Below, piece by piece: positions 62,988 through 64,000 of a stretch of DNA of 64,000 nucleotides. The notes under the pieces were generated by a model. The model made no database searches. It saw only the letters and a list, made by a program, of their open reading frames with translations, and was not told the DNA's origin. Location of the stretch: the IMG/VR virus record IMGVR_UViG_3300033553_000816, one strand, 5' to 3'. Positions within the stretch are counted from its first letter, which is position 1. The number at the start of each line of letters is the position of its first letter. Origin of the DNA: a virus. Its lineage: Duplodnaviria; Heunggongvirae; Uroviricota; Caudoviricetes. The translations under genes and the position numbers were made by a program.

Positions 62988-63560
62988 ATGAGATTAAGTG
63001 AATACGCCACAAAACATGGTATACAGTACCGCACTGCGTGGAATCGTTTCAAGGAGAATAAAATCCCTGGCGCTTATCAGGATGATGGTGGAAGGATTGT
63101 TGTTCCTGATCCTGATAAACCTAAAATGGATATTAAGAAAGTAGCTATATACGCTCGGGCGAGTAACACTCAACGGCGCGGTGATCTTGATGCTCAAGCG
63201 AAACGCCTAACGGATTGGGCTATTTCGAATGGTTTTGAGGTAACCCATATTGTTAAAGAAGTCGGGTCAGGGGTGAGCGATAAGCGAAAGAAACTACATG
63301 CGTTACTGGCTAAAGACGATTATGGCACTCTACTTGTTGAACATAAAGACAGGCTCACTCGTTTTGGCTTCGAATGGTTCGTTTCCCTGCTTGCTGCTCA
63401 GGGTAAAGAAATACAGGTGTTACGTCCACCTGAGAATGAGGAAGCTGATATCATTGCGGATCTCACAGCGATTGTTTATTCTTTCACCGCGAGGTTGTAC
63501 GGGCAGAGACGCGCTTCACGGGCCCAGGAAGCTGTCCAAGAGGTCTTAGATGGCAACTAG
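62988..63560 (+). CDS. tnpA: IS607-family serine recombinase transposase TnpA (MerR-like HTH + resolvase domain)
   Basis: MRLSEYATKHGIQYRTAWNRFKENKIPGAYQDDGGRIVVPD (HTH), then VAIYARASNTQRRGDLDAQ...GTLLVEHKDRLTRFGFEW (resolvase catalytic core). Confidence 0.8.
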   Translation: MRLSEYATKHGIQYRTAWNRFKENKIPGAYQDDGGRIVVPDPDKPKMDIKKVAIYARASNTQRRGDLDAQAKRLTDWAISNGFEVTHIVKEVGSGVSDKRKKLHALLAKDDYGTLLVEHKDRLTRFGFEWFVSLLAAQGKEIQVLRPPENEEADIIADLTAIVYSFTARLYGQRRASRAQEAVQEVLDGN

Positions 63561-64000
63561 AGCATACAAGGTTACTTCGTTAGCTAACTCAGGTAAGGAC
63601 GCGCAGGTTTTTGCGCTGCTTACCCCATGGAGAACAGCTTTGAATGAAGTGACAGACTACGCTTACCGCCATTTTACTTTACAAGGAAAACCAGTACCTA
63701 AGAGGTTTTCTTTACGCACAATGAACCTTGAAACACCTTTATCCGCTAGACAAATAAATTCTGTGTGGGTCCAAGCGTTCGGAGGTTTAAGTTCCTGGGA
63801 AACTCGTATACAAGCCCAATATAAAGCTTATGTGGCACACTCAAATTTGGATGAATTCACAAAAATCACTCTCTACAGAATAAACAAGTACCGCGCATGG
63901 TTCAACACTTCACTTGCCTTACCCATGTGGGCGGATGAGATTGGTGAGTTAACTCATGTGAAAGCCGGGGAGAAAATCGAGTGGGATGTGTCTGCTGACA
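63550..64000 (+). CDS. tnpB: TnpB (IS607-associated), N-terminal part; continues beyond window
   Basis: ATG at 63550 overlaps the tnpA 3' end. MATRAYKVTSLANSGKDAQVFALLTPWRTALNEVTDYAYRHF... is a typical TnpB N-terminus. Not in track because it is edge-truncated. Confidence 0.7.
   Translation, partial: MATRAYKVTSLANSGKDAQVFALLTPWRTALNEVTDYAYRHFTLQGKPVPKRFSLRTMNLETPLSARQINSVWVQAFGGLSSWETRIQAQYKAYVAHSNLDEFTKITLYRINKYRAWFNTSLALPMWADEIGELTHVKAGEKIEWDVSAD

Larger units (their letters stand above)
62929..64000 (+). mobile_element. IS607-family insertion sequence (left end + tnpA + 5' part of tnpB; right end beyond window)
   Basis: Serine-recombinase TnpA immediately followed by overlapping TnpB. 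The left-end sequence GTGTAGCAACTTATGCCGATATCCGTGGTATAATATGAAAATAATACGATAGGATACCAATG is shared with the mini-element at 33130. Confidence 0.6.

Overview
The window is a densely packed phage-like (or mobile-element-like) region with Shine-Dalgarno-type ribosome-binding sites (RBS) and sigma70-like promoters. Two very large tandem paralogous gene families dominate it. Family A has about 31 plus-strand genes between 2.5 and 41 kb (121-256 aa each). Each has an N-terminal M-x-Y-I-A-D-T-A-x-V start, a variable number of 6-residue-period beta-helix-type repeats, and a conserved C-terminal module N-C-K-F-G-G-x-A-x-F-x-G-L-x-T-x-E-D-F-V-x-K-Y-G ... L-T-D-V-W-D-M-G*. Family B has 24 minus-strand genes between 46.4 and 62.5 kb plus one plus-strand copy at 26.6 kb. 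Each has a conserved ~55-aa N-terminal domain (AADFI..IE.A....ERK.LLRDMSDILD.LNE) and 3-10 MORN-like ~23-aa repeats (W..GKLHR.GDKPA.I.YY.NG...EEW). Two small paralogous zinc-ribbon genes (family C) sit at the upstream end of the two B sub-arrays. Scattered among the arrays are a T4-Pnk-like kinase-only gene, an SPFH/band-7 protein, a GNAT acetyltransferase, a DUF457-like membrane hydrolase, a zinc-ribbon + HTH_XRE regulator, and a 707-aa protein with a TerD-like C-terminal domain. There are also lipoproteins and small membrane proteins, and a highly acidic protein (more than 386 aa, about 35% D/E) running off the left edge. Three transposon-type elements are present: a complete IS200/IS605-family element (Y1 tnpA divergent from tnpB), an IS607-family element (serine-recombinase tnpA + tnpB) running off the right edge, and an internally deleted miniature IS607 derivative at 33.1-33.5 kb. 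A 1.3-kb non-coding, strongly A/C-rich, repeat-laden region (1.2-2.25 kb) ends in hairpin-containing direct repeats and tandem iterons exactly where strand composition flips to G/T-rich, which marks a candidate replication origin or strand-switch locus. Two A-family members are disrupted, one by a G6 homopolymer frameshift. No tRNA, rRNA or CRISPR array was detected by eye. The organism cannot be assigned from sequence alone.
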